A stretch of DNA of 57,897 nucleotides, taken from a virus. Its lineage: Duplodnaviria > Caudoviricetes. Both the position numbers and the translations under genes were made by a program. Below, piece by piece: positions 17,339-26,110 of this stretch. Position 1 is the stretch's first letter. The number at the start of each line of letters is the position of its first letter. Under the pieces are notes generated by a model, which saw only the letters and a program-made list of their open reading frames with translations, had not been told where the DNA came from and ran no database searches. The stretch covers positions 1 to 57,897 of IMG/VR virus record IMGVR_UViG_3300007004_000001; one strand, written 5' to 3'.

Positions 17339-17703
17339 CCGCGCGCCTCGTACTCGGCGCGCTGCTCGGCGCGGCGTCCTTGCGCTATCGCGACGACGTA
17401 GAGCGCCTGCGTCTCGCAGAGGTGACGGAACCGCTCGAAGTCACCGCTCGCCGTCAACGTCTCGGCCAGCGAAGAGATCTCCTTGCTGGTGCTCTCCGCT
17501 GTCGCGTCGATCTGGAGCTTGCGCCCCATCACCGCGACGAGCTGGGCGAACGAGTCCGCCGTCGCTGCCGCGGTTTCGAGCGCGCTTCGGGCCCGCGTCC
17601 ACCAGTCGATCGGGCGGATCTTGTCCGTCGACGCCGACCGCATCATCGCCAGCACGAGCTGGATCCCGAGCTCCATCCTGCTCTCGTCCGTCTCTTCCCC
17701 CAT
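17335..17703 (-). CDS. Cas11-like small alpha-helical subunit
   Basis: 122 aa, all-helical appearance, located between csf1 and csf2 as in type IV-B loci; SD GGAGG. Confidence 0.65.
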   Translation of the reverse strand: MGEETDESRMELGIQLVLAMMRSASTDKIRPIDWWTRARSALETAAATADSFAQLVAVMGRKLQIDATAESTSKEISSLAETLTASGDFERFRHLCETQALYVVAIAQGRRAEQRAEYEARG

Positions 17704-18427
17704 CGGTCACCTCCGTCTCGGTCTTGCGCGCCAGGAACAGCGCGAGGTTGAACAGCGGGCTGCCTCGGTCGCGGCGCAGTGCCGCGTCGCCGGTCCGCCA
17801 CACGTCGAGTCCGATCTTGATCAGCCGCCCAGGGTTCGGCCCGTCTACGATGTCCTGCTTGCTGAACCCGGCGTCCATCAGCGTGCCGATCGCTCCTCGC
17901 ACGCGCCGGTACTCCCCCGGCGTCGCGCGAACCGTCGTGCGCTCGTGCCGCACCGACCACACCGCGCTGCCGAGGTTGACCTCCGCAAACGGCAGAGTGT
18001 GGATCTGCCCGCCCTCGGCGATCGACATAAGCCACCGTCCGCCCGGTGGGTTCGCCAGCACCTCGTCGAACGTGCGCGGGCCGGCCTTGCTGCTGTGCAA
18101 GTGGATGCGCGGCCCGAGGTTCGGCGCCGACGGGTGGTTGTCCGGCCACGCGGACGGAGGCTGCGCAGCCCAGATGATCGACCATAGGCGCAGCGTGTCC
18201 GGCGGCCTACCGGTCATCGCCCACGCGCACGCGACGCAGAGCAGCGGCGAGGACGGCATGCTAGCCTGGTCCTGGTCGGTGAACGTGTCGGAGATGACCG
18301 CCGCTTGCGAGCAGCACGGGCCGGCGATCGTGTCGGCGCACCAGTAGCAGCGGCCCTCGCCATCGATGATCGGGCGGCGCGGATCGGGACGGCCGGCTGC
18401 GGCCCAGAGGATTGGCGGGGCTCTCAT
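17441..18427 (-). CDS. csf1: Type IV CRISPR Csf1 (Cas8-like large subunit)
   Basis: CYWC...ISDTFTD...PSSPLLCVAC Zn-finger, then LANPP..W..IA..GQIH. The last ~87 aa overlap the cas11-like gene. Confidence 0.8.
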   Translation of the reverse strand: MRAPPILWAAAGRPDPRRPIIDGEGRCYWCADTIAGPCCSQAAVISDTFTDQDQASMPSSPLLCVACAWAMTGRPPDTLRLWSIIWAAQPPSAWPDNHPSAPNLGPRIHLHSSKAGPRTFDEVLANPPGGRWLMSIAEGGQIHTLPFAEVNLGSAVWSVRHERTTVRATPGEYRRVRGAIGTLMDAGFSKQDIVDGPNPGRLIKIGLDVWRTGDAALRRDRGSPLFNLALFLARKTETEVTDGGRDGREQDGARDPARAGDDAVGVDGQDPPDRLVDAGPKRARNRGSDGGLVRPARRGDGAQAPDRRDSGEHQQGDLFAGRDVDGER

Positions 18428-18436
18428 CTCCGCCCC
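18423..18436. repeat. 14-bp direct repeat, upstream boundary of the type IV-B module
   Basis: Identical to 14570-14583. Confidence 0.85.
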
Positions 18437-18729
18437 GCCACCTCGTCGCGTAGAGCGGCGAGCTGCTGGCGCAGATCGTCGACGTCGGCACGTAGGCGAG
18501 CCACTTCGGCATCGGTCGTTCCTGCGACGGCCAGGAGTTCGTCGGGCCGAATGGAGAGCGCGGCGGCGACGGCACCGATGCGCTCGGCGCTGAGCGGCGG
18601 CCGCTCGCCTCGCTCAACGTCGCTCAGGTACGTGATCGAGACGCCGATTCGTTCTGCGACGGCGCGGAGCGTGAATCCGCGGCCGACGCGCGCTTTGCGG
18701 AGAGCCTCTCCGAAGCGGTTCGCGCTCAC
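18424..18729 (-). CDS. XRE-family HTH regulator with a C-terminal coiled coil
   Basis: FGEALRKARVGRGFTLRAVAERIGVSITYLSDVERG. Confidence 0.85.
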   Translation of the reverse strand: MSANRFGEALRKARVGRGFTLRAVAERIGVSITYLSDVERGERPPLSAERIGAVAAALSIRPDELLAVAGTTDAEVARLRADVDDLRQQLAALRDEVAGRR

Positions 18730-18962
18730 GGCACCCCCTCCGGCCGGTACGCCGCGGCGAGGTTGCGGGCGATGCTGGCCCCGCGAGCGGCGCGGATGAT
18801 TAGGTAGGGCCGCTCCACGAGATCGTCGCCGGCCGCATGGTTGATGCGGCGCGCACAGGTCGCGCAGTACGGCATCCTGGTCTGCGTGTGGATCCACGCG
18901 GCGTCGTGTCGGATCTTGATCGAGCACGCTCGGCGAGAACAGGTCTGATCCGTGCTGCTCAC
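18726..18962 (-). CDS. Small Cys-containing hypothetical protein
   Basis: YCATCARRIN; coupled. Confidence 0.5.
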   Translation of the reverse strand: MSSTDQTCSRRACSIKIRHDAAWIHTQTRMPYCATCARRINHAAGDDLVERPYLIIRAARGASIARNLAAAYRPEGVP

Positions 18963-19113
18963 GTCCCCTCCAGGGCGAACGCGGCACGCACCGCATCCAC
19001 AAGCTTGCGCTGTTGTTCCGGATCGATGCGATCGCTGCGCATGTAGTCGCTCCATGCAGCGTTCGCCGAGTCGACCTCGCACCCCTCGCGGTCGCACCTG
19101 GGGCAGCGGCCGC

Positions 19114-19302
19114 TCATCGCTTTCTCCGCGGCAGGTGATCGCCCGCCTTGATTCCAGCGATCGCTTCGTCGATCTCATCCGCGGCGCCGCGCCAAAACTC
19201 GCTCCTCGTATCACTCTCTGCCCGTCTCGCGGCGCGAGCGCGACTGCGCAGGTACTGCAGCACCCGCCGCTCGTCGGGGCTGAGCTTGGTGAGACGCGGC
19301 AT
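19114..19302 (-). CDS. Hypothetical protein
   Basis: SD GGAGG; coupled. Confidence 0.5.
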   Translation of the reverse strand: MPRLTKLSPDERRVLQYLRSRARAARRAESDTRSEFWRGAADEIDEAIAGIKAGDHLPRRKR

Positions 19303-19853
19303 CAGGGCACCTCCGCTCGGCACGCCTCGATCAGCGCCGGCAGGATCAGATCGCGCAGCACGACTGCCGAGCACGTCGGCGCCATACGGATCGACTCGTA
19401 GACGTCGCTGCCGAGGACGTCGGTGACGTAGTCCGGCATCTCGCTCAGCCAGACGTCGACGCTGTCGCTCAGGTAGTCGTCACCCGAGTCCTTGACCCAG
19501 TCGTAGGCGCGTCGAGCCTCTGTCTTCGACAGGCCGTCGCGGCGCTGGCGTCGGATCGTCTCGAGGCAGTGGCGGATGGTCCCGTCGACGTCGACTTGCT
19601 CGTCCTGCTTCGTCGTGAGTTTCCCGAACAGGTAGTGCACGCCGTCGCGGTCGCCGAGGAACTGCGTGAGCGTCTTTCCCCCGCCGAGGTGGTCGATGTT
19701 CCAGCGATGCGCCCAGCTGCCAGCGTCCGACTGAACGGACAGCTCCCCGGTGGCGTCGTTGACGGTGCAGATCGCCCACGAGCAGCGGTGGTCGTCGGAG
19801 CGAAAGCGGTAGGCCGTCGCCGTACTCTTGCTGGTGAGGCGCATCGCCATCAC
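19302..19853 (-). CDS. Conserved phage hypothetical protein
   Basis: GELSVQSDAGSWAHRW...YLFGKL pattern. Confidence 0.55.
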   Translation of the reverse strand: MMAMRLTSKSTATAYRFRSDDHRCSWAICTVNDATGELSVQSDAGSWAHRWNIDHLGGGKTLTQFLGDRDGVHYLFGKLTTKQDEQVDVDGTIRHCLETIRRQRRDGLSKTEARRAYDWVKDSGDDYLSDSVDVWLSEMPDYVTDVLGSDVYESIRMAPTCSAVVLRDLILPALIEACRAEVP

Positions 19854-19950
19854 GCCCACCATCCCCGCGTCGCCGCCGCGACGACCGCGAACGGCAGCGC
19901 CACGACGGAGAGCAGCGCGAAGAGGACGCCGAAGATTCCGATCAGGACCA

Positions 19951-20328
19951 TCACTGGTGCTGTTCCTCGTCGACCGCCCAGTAGCACTCTGCGGCGACCG
20001 AGAACTTCTTCCTCCACGCCTCGAAGATCTTGTCTAGCGACGACTGCAACTCGGCCTTGGCGCCAACCGAGATGCTGTCGATGAGGCTCTCGGTCGTCTC
20101 CTCGTCGTATTCGGCGGCGTTCGCAAAATCCTCGATCAGTCCGTCGACGTCTGGTGTGGGCAGGGTTACCTGCTCTTTGCGCAGCATCGCCGTCTTGAAC
20201 GGCGCACCGGCGAAGCACTCGCGACCAGCTCTGATCGCCTCTCGCCTGGTGTCATACGCGGCATCGCACGAGCACCAGAAGTCGTAGTCTGAGAACGATG
20301 TGCTGTGAACGTACTTCCCGTCCCTCAT
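19951..20328 (-). CDS. Acidic hypothetical protein
   Basis: TGATG coupling. Confidence 0.55.
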   Translation of the reverse strand: MRDGKYVHSTSFSDYDFWCSCDAAYDTRREAIRAGRECFAGAPFKTAMLRKEQVTLPTPDVDGLIEDFANAAEYDEETTESLIDSISVGAKAELQSSLDKIFEAWRKKFSVAAECYWAVDEEQHQ

Positions 20329-20615
20329 CAGTTCCACGTCCTTTCCCGCAGCTGTTGCTGCGCCCACCACGCGCGAAACCCGGCCTTCTGCTGCTCGTCG
20401 AAGTCCGCCTCCAGCACCGCGAACGGCGCATCCATCCGCCTCGTCCAGCGCATTGGCGGCGCGTGCGGTCGTTGCAGCAGCACGGCGAACAGCCCGCCGC
20501 AGCGGACACACCGCGCCTGCCCGATCCAGTCGGCGCGGCGGCGGACGATCAGGTCGTGCCCGTGCCGCGAGCAGGTGAACAGGCGGCGCAGGGCGTGGCG
20601 GAGGCGGCGGATCAT
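20328..20615 (-). CDS. Hypothetical protein
   Basis: SD AAGGAG; coupled. Confidence 0.5.
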   Translation of the reverse strand: MIRRLRHALRRLFTCSRHGHDLIVRRRADWIGQARCVRCGGLFAVLLQRPHAPPMRWTRRMDAPFAVLEADFDEQQKAGFRAWWAQQQLRERTWN

Positions 20616-20998
20616 GGCTGCTCCTTCCCCGCCGCGAGCGCCTCGCGGATGTCGTCGCGCAACGCTTCGGCTGCGGGATCGTCGATGGCTCGCAGCGCCC
20701 TCGCGAGCAGCGCGCGCAGGCGGGTCACCTCGACGGTCTGGGCCCCGTCGTACAGTTCACGCTGCCGACCAGCCTCACCCCGCAGCCTCTCGACCTCCGC
20801 GGCGAGGTCGTCTCGCTCGGCGCGGGCCTTGATGGCCTCGGCGCGCCATTCGACGGCGTGCTGCGCGCAGTCGATGCACGCGGGGCAACGCTCAATCGGG
20901 TGGCACCCTTCGGAGCCATGGTCCCACGCATCGCATTCGGCGTCATCGCGGTCGCACTTCCAGCACCGCTCCTCCGCCGTCGTGGTGCGGCGGCTCAT
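20612..20998 (-). CDS. Zn-finger/coiled-coil hypothetical protein
   Basis: CWKC...CPAC followed by a coiled coil. Confidence 0.55.
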   Translation of the reverse strand: MSRRTTTAEERCWKCDRDDAECDAWDHGSEGCHPIERCPACIDCAQHAVEWRAEAIKARAERDDLAAEVERLRGEAGRQRELYDGAQTVEVTRLRALLARALRAIDDPAAEALRDDIREALAAGKEQP

Positions 20999-21294
20999 GG
21001 CTTGTCTCCGGCGCGAGCTGCTAGCACGGCCGCTTCTCTCGCCGGCAGACTCTCCACCCGAAGCCGCTGTTCGCCTTCGAGCTGGGCGAGCCGGCCCCGG
21101 AAGTAGTCGTCGCCGATGCCCGGCTTGTCGACGACCGAGCGCAGCGCCTGGATCCTGTCGCGCAGTGCCCAGCACGAGATGCAGACTCCGTCGTGCTTGC
21201 GTTGCTCCGGCAAGCCGCAGACGCACGGGGACTGCATCGCCGCTCCGACTAGGGCAGCGAACCGGTCGCGTGACATGCTGACTCGATCGCTCAT
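20995..21294 (-). CDS. Hypothetical protein
   Basis: Strong SD; coupled. Confidence 0.55.
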   Translation of the reverse strand: MSDRVSMSRDRFAALVGAAMQSPCVCGLPEQRKHDGVCISCWALRDRIQALRSVVDKPGIGDDYFRGRLAQLEGEQRLRVESLPAREAAVLAARAGDKP

Positions 21295-21331
21295 CTCCAC
21301 TCCCTCCTCACCGCATCCCACCGCTCCGCGG

Positions 21332-21961
21332 CTAGAACATCTCCAGCTGTCGATCGACGAATCCGCTCAGGAAGCGCTGCAGGTTCTCCTCGGACCAGAG
21401 CGGCAAGCACGAGTCGATCGAGTCGGCCCCGATGCGTCGTGCCCATCGCACGCGGTCCGGTGTACCGACGCGGCCGATGTGGCAGGGCATGCCGAGCGCA
21501 TGCGCGGTCGTAACCCACGCGCCGCCGGTCGCGATCTTCCAGGGGAGTCCCCCGCCGACGAACAACCCGGCGAACCGATGCGCCACCGGCACGACGTCGC
21601 TCGCCACCATCCCGTCCTGGACCGCGAGGTAGTAGCGGAGGCCGGGGAACTCGGATCCATGCGAGTCGAGCCAGCGCAGGCTGAAGGCCAGCGAGTCGAG
21701 CCCAGTAGCTACTCGGTCGGGGCATACGCACCATGCCGGCTGGTCTGCCGAGGGCTGCGCCGCGGCCCAGGCGCACGCGGACAACCACTCCGCGGCGTCG
21801 AAGGCTCGACCGGCGTTCCAGTCGGAGAACGCGCCGTTGTCGAGAATCCACGGACGCCGGCGCGGCGGCCATTCGTTGCGTTGCGTGCACTCGCCGAATC
21901 CGAGCTCCGTGAGCCGGGCGATCAGCTTCCGGCTGCGCGTCTGTCCGATATAGACGCGCAC
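21332..21961 (-). CDS. TGT/DpdA-like transglycosylase-fold protein (candidate deazaguanine DNA modification)
   Basis: ILDNGAF (compare DSGGF/DSGAF), CPD, VQDG, FVGG, CHIGRV and GADSIDS motifs. Confidence 0.65.
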   Translation of the reverse strand: MRVYIGQTRSRKLIARLTELGFGECTQRNEWPPRRRPWILDNGAFSDWNAGRAFDAAEWLSACAWAAAQPSADQPAWCVCPDRVATGLDSLAFSLRWLDSHGSEFPGLRYYLAVQDGMVASDVVPVAHRFAGLFVGGGLPWKIATGGAWVTTAHALGMPCHIGRVGTPDRVRWARRIGADSIDSCLPLWSEENLQRFLSGFVDRQLEMF

Positions 21962-22246
21962 TCACGGCGTGCTCCGCCACGCTTGCCCATCCCACCGCTC
22001 CACGACGCCGTCCCCGTCGCGCACCTCGACCGGATCGCCAGGGCTCCAGCCGGAGTGGAGGAGGGCGGCTGCTTCGGCCCACGACCGGTAGGACCAGCCG
22101 GGCGACGCGACCCACGCCATCTGTACGAGATATCCGATCGTGTCCCGCTCCTCGACGGGGATGTCCGGATAGCAGCCGTCGAGCGCGGCTTGCTGGCAGT
22201 ACCGCACCGCCTCCTCGCGCTCCTCGTCGGTGTAGCGGGCGGTCAT
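21962..22246 (-). CDS. Hypothetical protein, paralog of 34397-34675
   Basis: Shared AAALLxxGWxPGDPVEV. Confidence 0.6.
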   Translation of the reverse strand: MTARYTDEEREEAVRYCQQAALDGCYPDIPVEERDTIGYLVQMAWVASPGWSYRSWAEAAALLHSGWSPGDPVEVRDGDGVVERWDGQAWRSTP

Positions 22247-22530
22247 GAGTGCTCCCTTGGATCGAGAGGACCGTAGTTGCGCAGGGCCTCGATCGCGGTG
22301 TGGATGTCGACGAGCAGCCTGTGCCCCTCCCACGGGCGATCGAGGCTGTTGGCCACGCGACACAGCGCGATGAGCACGTGCCTAGATCGCGAGATCGCGT
22401 CGTCTACGAGTTCGACGTAGACGGAACGCCCCTGATCGTCACGGCACCAATGGCGGTAGCTGGCGAGGTTGGCCACCAGCGTGCTCAGTTCGCGACCAGC
22501 CTCGGCGCGCAGCGCCTCCAGCGCGGTCAT
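22243..22530 (-). CDS. Hypothetical protein
   Basis: Coupled ORF. Confidence 0.5.
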   Translation of the reverse strand: MTALEALRAEAGRELSTLVANLASYRHWCRDDQGRSVYVELVDDAISRSRHVLIALCRVANSLDRPWEGHRLLVDIHTAIEALRNYGPLDPREHS

Positions 22531-22802
22531 GGCGTCACCGCCAGCGCCGCCCTGATGTCGTCGCCCAGCGCGGACCTGCCGCTCTCCGTCGTCGACGCGT
22601 CCCACCGATCGACCACGACGAGGGCGCGGGCGAGGAGGGTGCGGAGGGCGGCGATCTGGTCAACGCGGTCGCTCCGGTCGGCGGCCCTGACCGGAAGCGG
22701 CTCGCATGGGCCCCACATCGGATGGATGTGATCTCCGTCGTGGCCCTCGTAGTAGCCACACCGCACGCCGTTGAGGTAGGCGCCGCACTGCTTGCCGCTC
22801 AC
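22527..22802 (-). CDS. Hypothetical protein
   Basis: C..GHDGDH motif; coupled. Confidence 0.5.
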   Translation of the reverse strand: MSGKQCGAYLNGVRCGYYEGHDGDHIHPMWGPCEPLPVRAADRSDRVDQIAALRTLLARALVVVDRWDASTTESGRSALGDDIRAALAVTP

Positions 22803-23908
22803 GCCGCCACCTCGCCGTCCGCGAGAGCCGCAGCCGGCACTTCCTCGACGGCCATCTTCGTCTTGCGCTCGCTGCCGCCCTCGTCGCGGATGAGCTTGTA
22901 CACGCGCTCCTTGGCGTCCTTCAGCTTGTCGCCCGGCTGCAGGTACTTGCGCACGATCGCGTCGATCTGCTTCTTACTCGCCTCGCGCGTCACCGCCTCG
23001 TCGGCGGCATCGCGGCCGTAAAGCTTGTTCACGACCTGCCAGGCGACGTCGCCGTCGAGGGACTCGTTGCCGAGCTTGCTGACCTCGGCGAGCATCATGC
23101 CGTTGCGCAGCGGGATCGGCTTCTGCGACGCGCGCGCCATCAGCGCGGCCTTCATCCGCCCGAGCAGCGCGGTGTACTGCGCGATGCGCTCCCACGCCGT
23201 GGCCGCGTCCTCGTCGGACAGGAACGACAGCTTGGCGAGCGTCGCCTCGGCCGTGCCGTCGACGAGGTGGCGGACCAGCGCAACCTTGCTCGGGCACGCA
23301 TGCGCCGCCGGGCAGTACTTGCAGTGGCGCCCCTCGGCGACGTCCGGCATCAGACCGGCGGCAACCTTGGCGCGCTCACGCTCGATGCGGCGCTCGACGG
23401 CGCGGACCTCCTCCAGTTCAGCGGCGAGCTCCAGCTCGTCGAAGTGGGCCTCGTCGAAGTACGGCAGGGCGTTCTCGCGAACGTACGCGATGATGACGGT
23501 CGCCTTGTCGCGGCCAAAGCGCTCGGCGGCCATAGCGGCGTACGACTTGGTCTGGCGGTTCGTCGCCGCGGCGTCGACTCGCTCGAAGCCCTTGAAGTCC
23601 ACGACCAGGACCCGGTCGAACAGCACTGCCACGACGTCGGCGTGACCGGACAGCACGACGCGCCCCTCGTTCTCGTAGGACAGCGCGACCTCGGCCCCGG
23701 CTCCATCGGGGACGCGCTCCAGGATCGCGATCGCCGCCTCGTAGTACTCGGCCGGGACCTTCGACGCGTCTCGACTGGTCACGAGCGCAGCGAGCCACGC
23801 GTGGCGATCAGTGCCGCCCTCAGACCACGCCGACGACGTATTCGCCTGCGGCAGGGCGGCGCTACCAGGACAGGCAGCGAGCCTAGGCAGACTGGACGAG
23901 CGCATCAT
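22799..23908 (-). CDS. PD-(D/E)XK exonuclease (DUF2800/Cas4-like fold), partner of Bet
   Basis: SSL...ACP, GTDRH, E..SGHAD..VVDFK, QTKSYA and HCKYCPAAHAC. Confidence 0.8.
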   Translation of the reverse strand: MMRSSSLPRLAACPGSAALPQANTSSAWSEGGTDRHAWLAALVTSRDASKVPAEYYEAAIAILERVPDGAGAEVALSYENEGRVVLSGHADVVAVLFDRVLVVDFKGFERVDAAATNRQTKSYAAMAAERFGRDKATVIIAYVRENALPYFDEAHFDELELAAELEEVRAVERRIERERAKVAAGLMPDVAEGRHCKYCPAAHACPSKVALVRHLVDGTAEATLAKLSFLSDEDAATAWERIAQYTALLGRMKAALMARASQKPIPLRNGMMLAEVSKLGNESLDGDVAWQVVNKLYGRDAADEAVTREASKKQIDAIVRKYLQPGDKLKDAKERVYKLIRDEGGSERKTKMAVEEVPAAALADGEVAA

Positions 23909-24780
23909 CACGCCACGACCTCGACGTCGTCGTCCTTCGCGGCCTGCGCGAGCAGATCCTGGTGCGCCTTGTACGCGGCGTGGACCTTGGCGCGCTCGGC
24001 CGTGCCCTTCGCGAAGCCGTTGCAGCGCGGCGCGAGCTTCTTCAGCGCGTCGAGCGACTGCGCCGCCTCGATGTCCACGACGAGGCGATCGACCTCCTTG
24101 GACATGTCGATCGGCTCGGCCTTCGCCGGGGTCGCCGACTCGACCGCGCGGCGCTCGCGAACGACATCGACGTCGATGACGTTGTCGGCCTGGCCCATCT
24201 CCTCCGGCGTGTACGCGCCAGCCAGCTCGGCAGGGAACGCCTTGCGCAGCGCCAGCGACTCGGCGCACTTCGCCAGCATCGTGTCCGGCAGGCGCTTCCA
24301 CATGTTGTTCGGGGCGCCGTCCTTCGTCGTCTGGACGTAGCTCTCGTACGTGGCGACGCCGGTGAACGGGCGGCTCGCGCCCTTGCGGTAGACCATCACC
24401 TTGGCCGCAGCGGGCGGCTGCTCGTGGAGCCACACGTCGACCCAGACGCCGTCGGCGCCGCACCAGTACGGGCCGTCTTGTCCGTCGATCTCGCCGGTGC
24501 GGGCGGCGACGAGCCGGAACCCGTCGATGCTCACCTGGATGGACATCACTTCGCGGTTCGCCTTCGAGTCCCACCGCTTGACGGCGAAGATTTGACGCGC
24601 AAACGGATCGAGACCCATCCGGTTGGCGGTCGCGACGAACATGGCGAGCTCGTCGTCGGTGGTGCCCTTCGCGATCGTGCGCTTGAGCAGGTCGATCTGC
24701 TCGCCGGCGAGGTGGTTCTGGACGGGCGCGATCGTGCGGGACTGGATCGCGAGTGCGTGACCGTTGCTTCCGTTGCTCAT
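23908..24780 (-). CDS. bet: Phage single-strand annealing recombinase Bet/RecT
   Basis: GTTDDEL..F....[21 protein letters not shown] and W...[18 protein letters not shown]. Confidence 0.92.
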   Translation of the reverse strand: MSNGSNGHALAIQSRTIAPVQNHLAGEQIDLLKRTIAKGTTDDELAMFVATANRMGLDPFARQIFAVKRWDSKANREVMSIQVSIDGFRLVAARTGEIDGQDGPYWCGADGVWVDVWLHEQPPAAAKVMVYRKGASRPFTGVATYESYVQTTKDGAPNNMWKRLPDTMLAKCAESLALRKAFPAELAGAYTPEEMGQADNVIDVDVVRERRAVESATPAKAEPIDMSKEVDRLVVDIEAAQSLDALKKLAPRCNGFAKGTAERAKVHAAYKAHQDLLAQAAKDDDVEVVA

Positions 24781-24820
24781 GCTGATCTCCTCGTTGAAAG
24801 TCGTTTCGATTCGCTACTCG

Positions 24821-25612
24821 CTACTCGTCGAACTCGTTCTCGCGCGCCTCGGCCCCCTCGCAGCGCACCGCGGTCGCGATCTGCCGCTGCTCCGTGCGCG
24901 CCGCGATCCGCGCCTTGACCGCCCGCGTGAACAGCTGCTGCGCGCGGGCGTAATCGACGGCACCGACCTGCGCGCGGAACGCCGGGATGGACTCGGCGAC
25001 CTGCGCCGCCTCGTAGCGACGGAGCAGCTGCTTGTCGGCGGCGAGAAGGCGCACCAGCTCTTTGCACGTCGACTCGACTGCTGCTGCTGCGACCTGATCG
25101 AGCGTGCGTTGCGTCGACTCCGCTGCGGCTGCGGCGTAGCGGGCCGAGTCGTCCGGCGCGGCGGGCTGGGCCGGGGAGCGGATGACGTTGCAGACCGCGC
25201 TCCGCTTCTTCCGATCGTTGACATCCCGAATGTAGCCGGACTGGATGACGCGATCCGAGCAGGAGCCCACGACCTCGAACACCTGCCCTTCCCATTCCGT
25301 CCCGTACGCGAACCGATCGCCCGGCTTCAGATCACGCCGGTACAGCTGCACCGGGGCGGACGGCTCGGGCGGGGTGGAGACGATGACGAGTTCGCCCGCC
25401 TCGATCTCACTAAGCAGTTCGCCAGCGTCGCGCCGGTGCGTTGCACCAATCTCGGCGATGGCCCCCTTAGCCTTCGAGACGAGAGTTAGCTTCACCTCGT
25501 GCGATCCAGGCGTCAGATCAACCGCCCACTCGTAGTGACCGGTTTCGTAGTAGTTCTCCGTCCCGAACCGCACCACCATCCCATCCCGCAACTCCACCTT
25601 GCTCGTCGCCAT
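24821..25612 (-). CDS. Hypothetical protein
   Basis: ATG at 25612 with SD GAGGAGG. Confidence 0.6.
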   Translation of the reverse strand: MATSKVELRDGMVVRFGTENYYETGHYEWAVDLTPGSHEVKLTLVSKAKGAIAEIGATHRRDAGELLSEIEAGELVIVSTPPEPSAPVQLYRRDLKPGDRFAYGTEWEGQVFEVVGSCSDRVIQSGYIRDVNDRKKRSAVCNVIRSPAQPAAPDDSARYAAAAAESTQRTLDQVAAAAVESTCKELVRLLAADKQLLRRYEAAQVAESIPAFRAQVGAVDYARAQQLFTRAVKARIAARTEQRQIATAVRCEGAEARENEFDE

Positions 25613-25630
25613 AGCAGTCCTCCTCGGTGC

Positions 25631-25658
25631 AAAACGAAACGCCACACTCGGTAGTGGC
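25631..25658 (-). terminator. Candidate intrinsic terminator (tL-like)
   Basis: GCCAC-N8-GTGGC followed by GTTTCGTTTT on the minus strand. Confidence 0.5.
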
Positions 25659-25681
25659 CGACCGTCCAGTGCGTACGTCGC

Positions 25682-26110
25682 CTAGCGAGCCGGGTCGGAA
25701 CGGCTCGGCTGGGGAGCGGTGGCGACGTCCGGCGAACCGGACCGGGACAACTGGTTGTCGTGCTCGCGCCACTCCTCCGGGCGCCGCGAGACGAGGTCGC
25801 TCATCGTGACGGCCGGCAGCTCCAGCGTCGGCGCGGGCAGTCGGATGCGGCCAGACGAGAACTCGGCGCGTTCGAACCGGGCGCGGTGATCGGCGCGGTC
25901 GTGCGCGCGGGACGCCTCGTCGAGGTACAGCAGCCAAAGTCCGGTAGTGTCAGAGACGCTCAGCGTGTCAGCGACTGCCCGCAGCCGCTTCGCGATGGCC
26001 CGCCACGCCTTGGACGGCAGCTTGCGACCGCCGCCCGCATCGAGGTCGGTCATCGCGTTGTAGCGACGGGACGCTGCGGCACTGGACAGGTAGCGCGGGG
26101 AGTACTTCAC
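25682..26110 (-). CDS. Hypothetical protein
   Basis: GTG with SD AAGGAGG. Confidence 0.55.
   Translation of the reverse strand: MKYSPRYLSSAAASRRYNAMTDLDAGGGRKLPSKAWRAIAKRLRAVADTLSVSDTTGLWLLYLDEASRAHDRADHRARFERAEFSSGRIRLPAPTLELPAVTMSDLVSRRPEEWREHDNQLSRSGSPDVATAPQPSRSDPAR

Noticed and set aside
17441-17703. Long C-terminal overlaps (csf1 over cas11; also xis over int and ZnF over csf2) as dual-coding or frameshift signals
   Set aside because: The tails read like off-frame GC-rich sequence, stops are rare at this GC content, and no slippery site was seen.
22799-23908. Cas4 as an adaptation gene for the type IV module
   Set aside because: It is coupled to bet and there is no cas1/cas2, so it is best explained as the recombination exonuclease.
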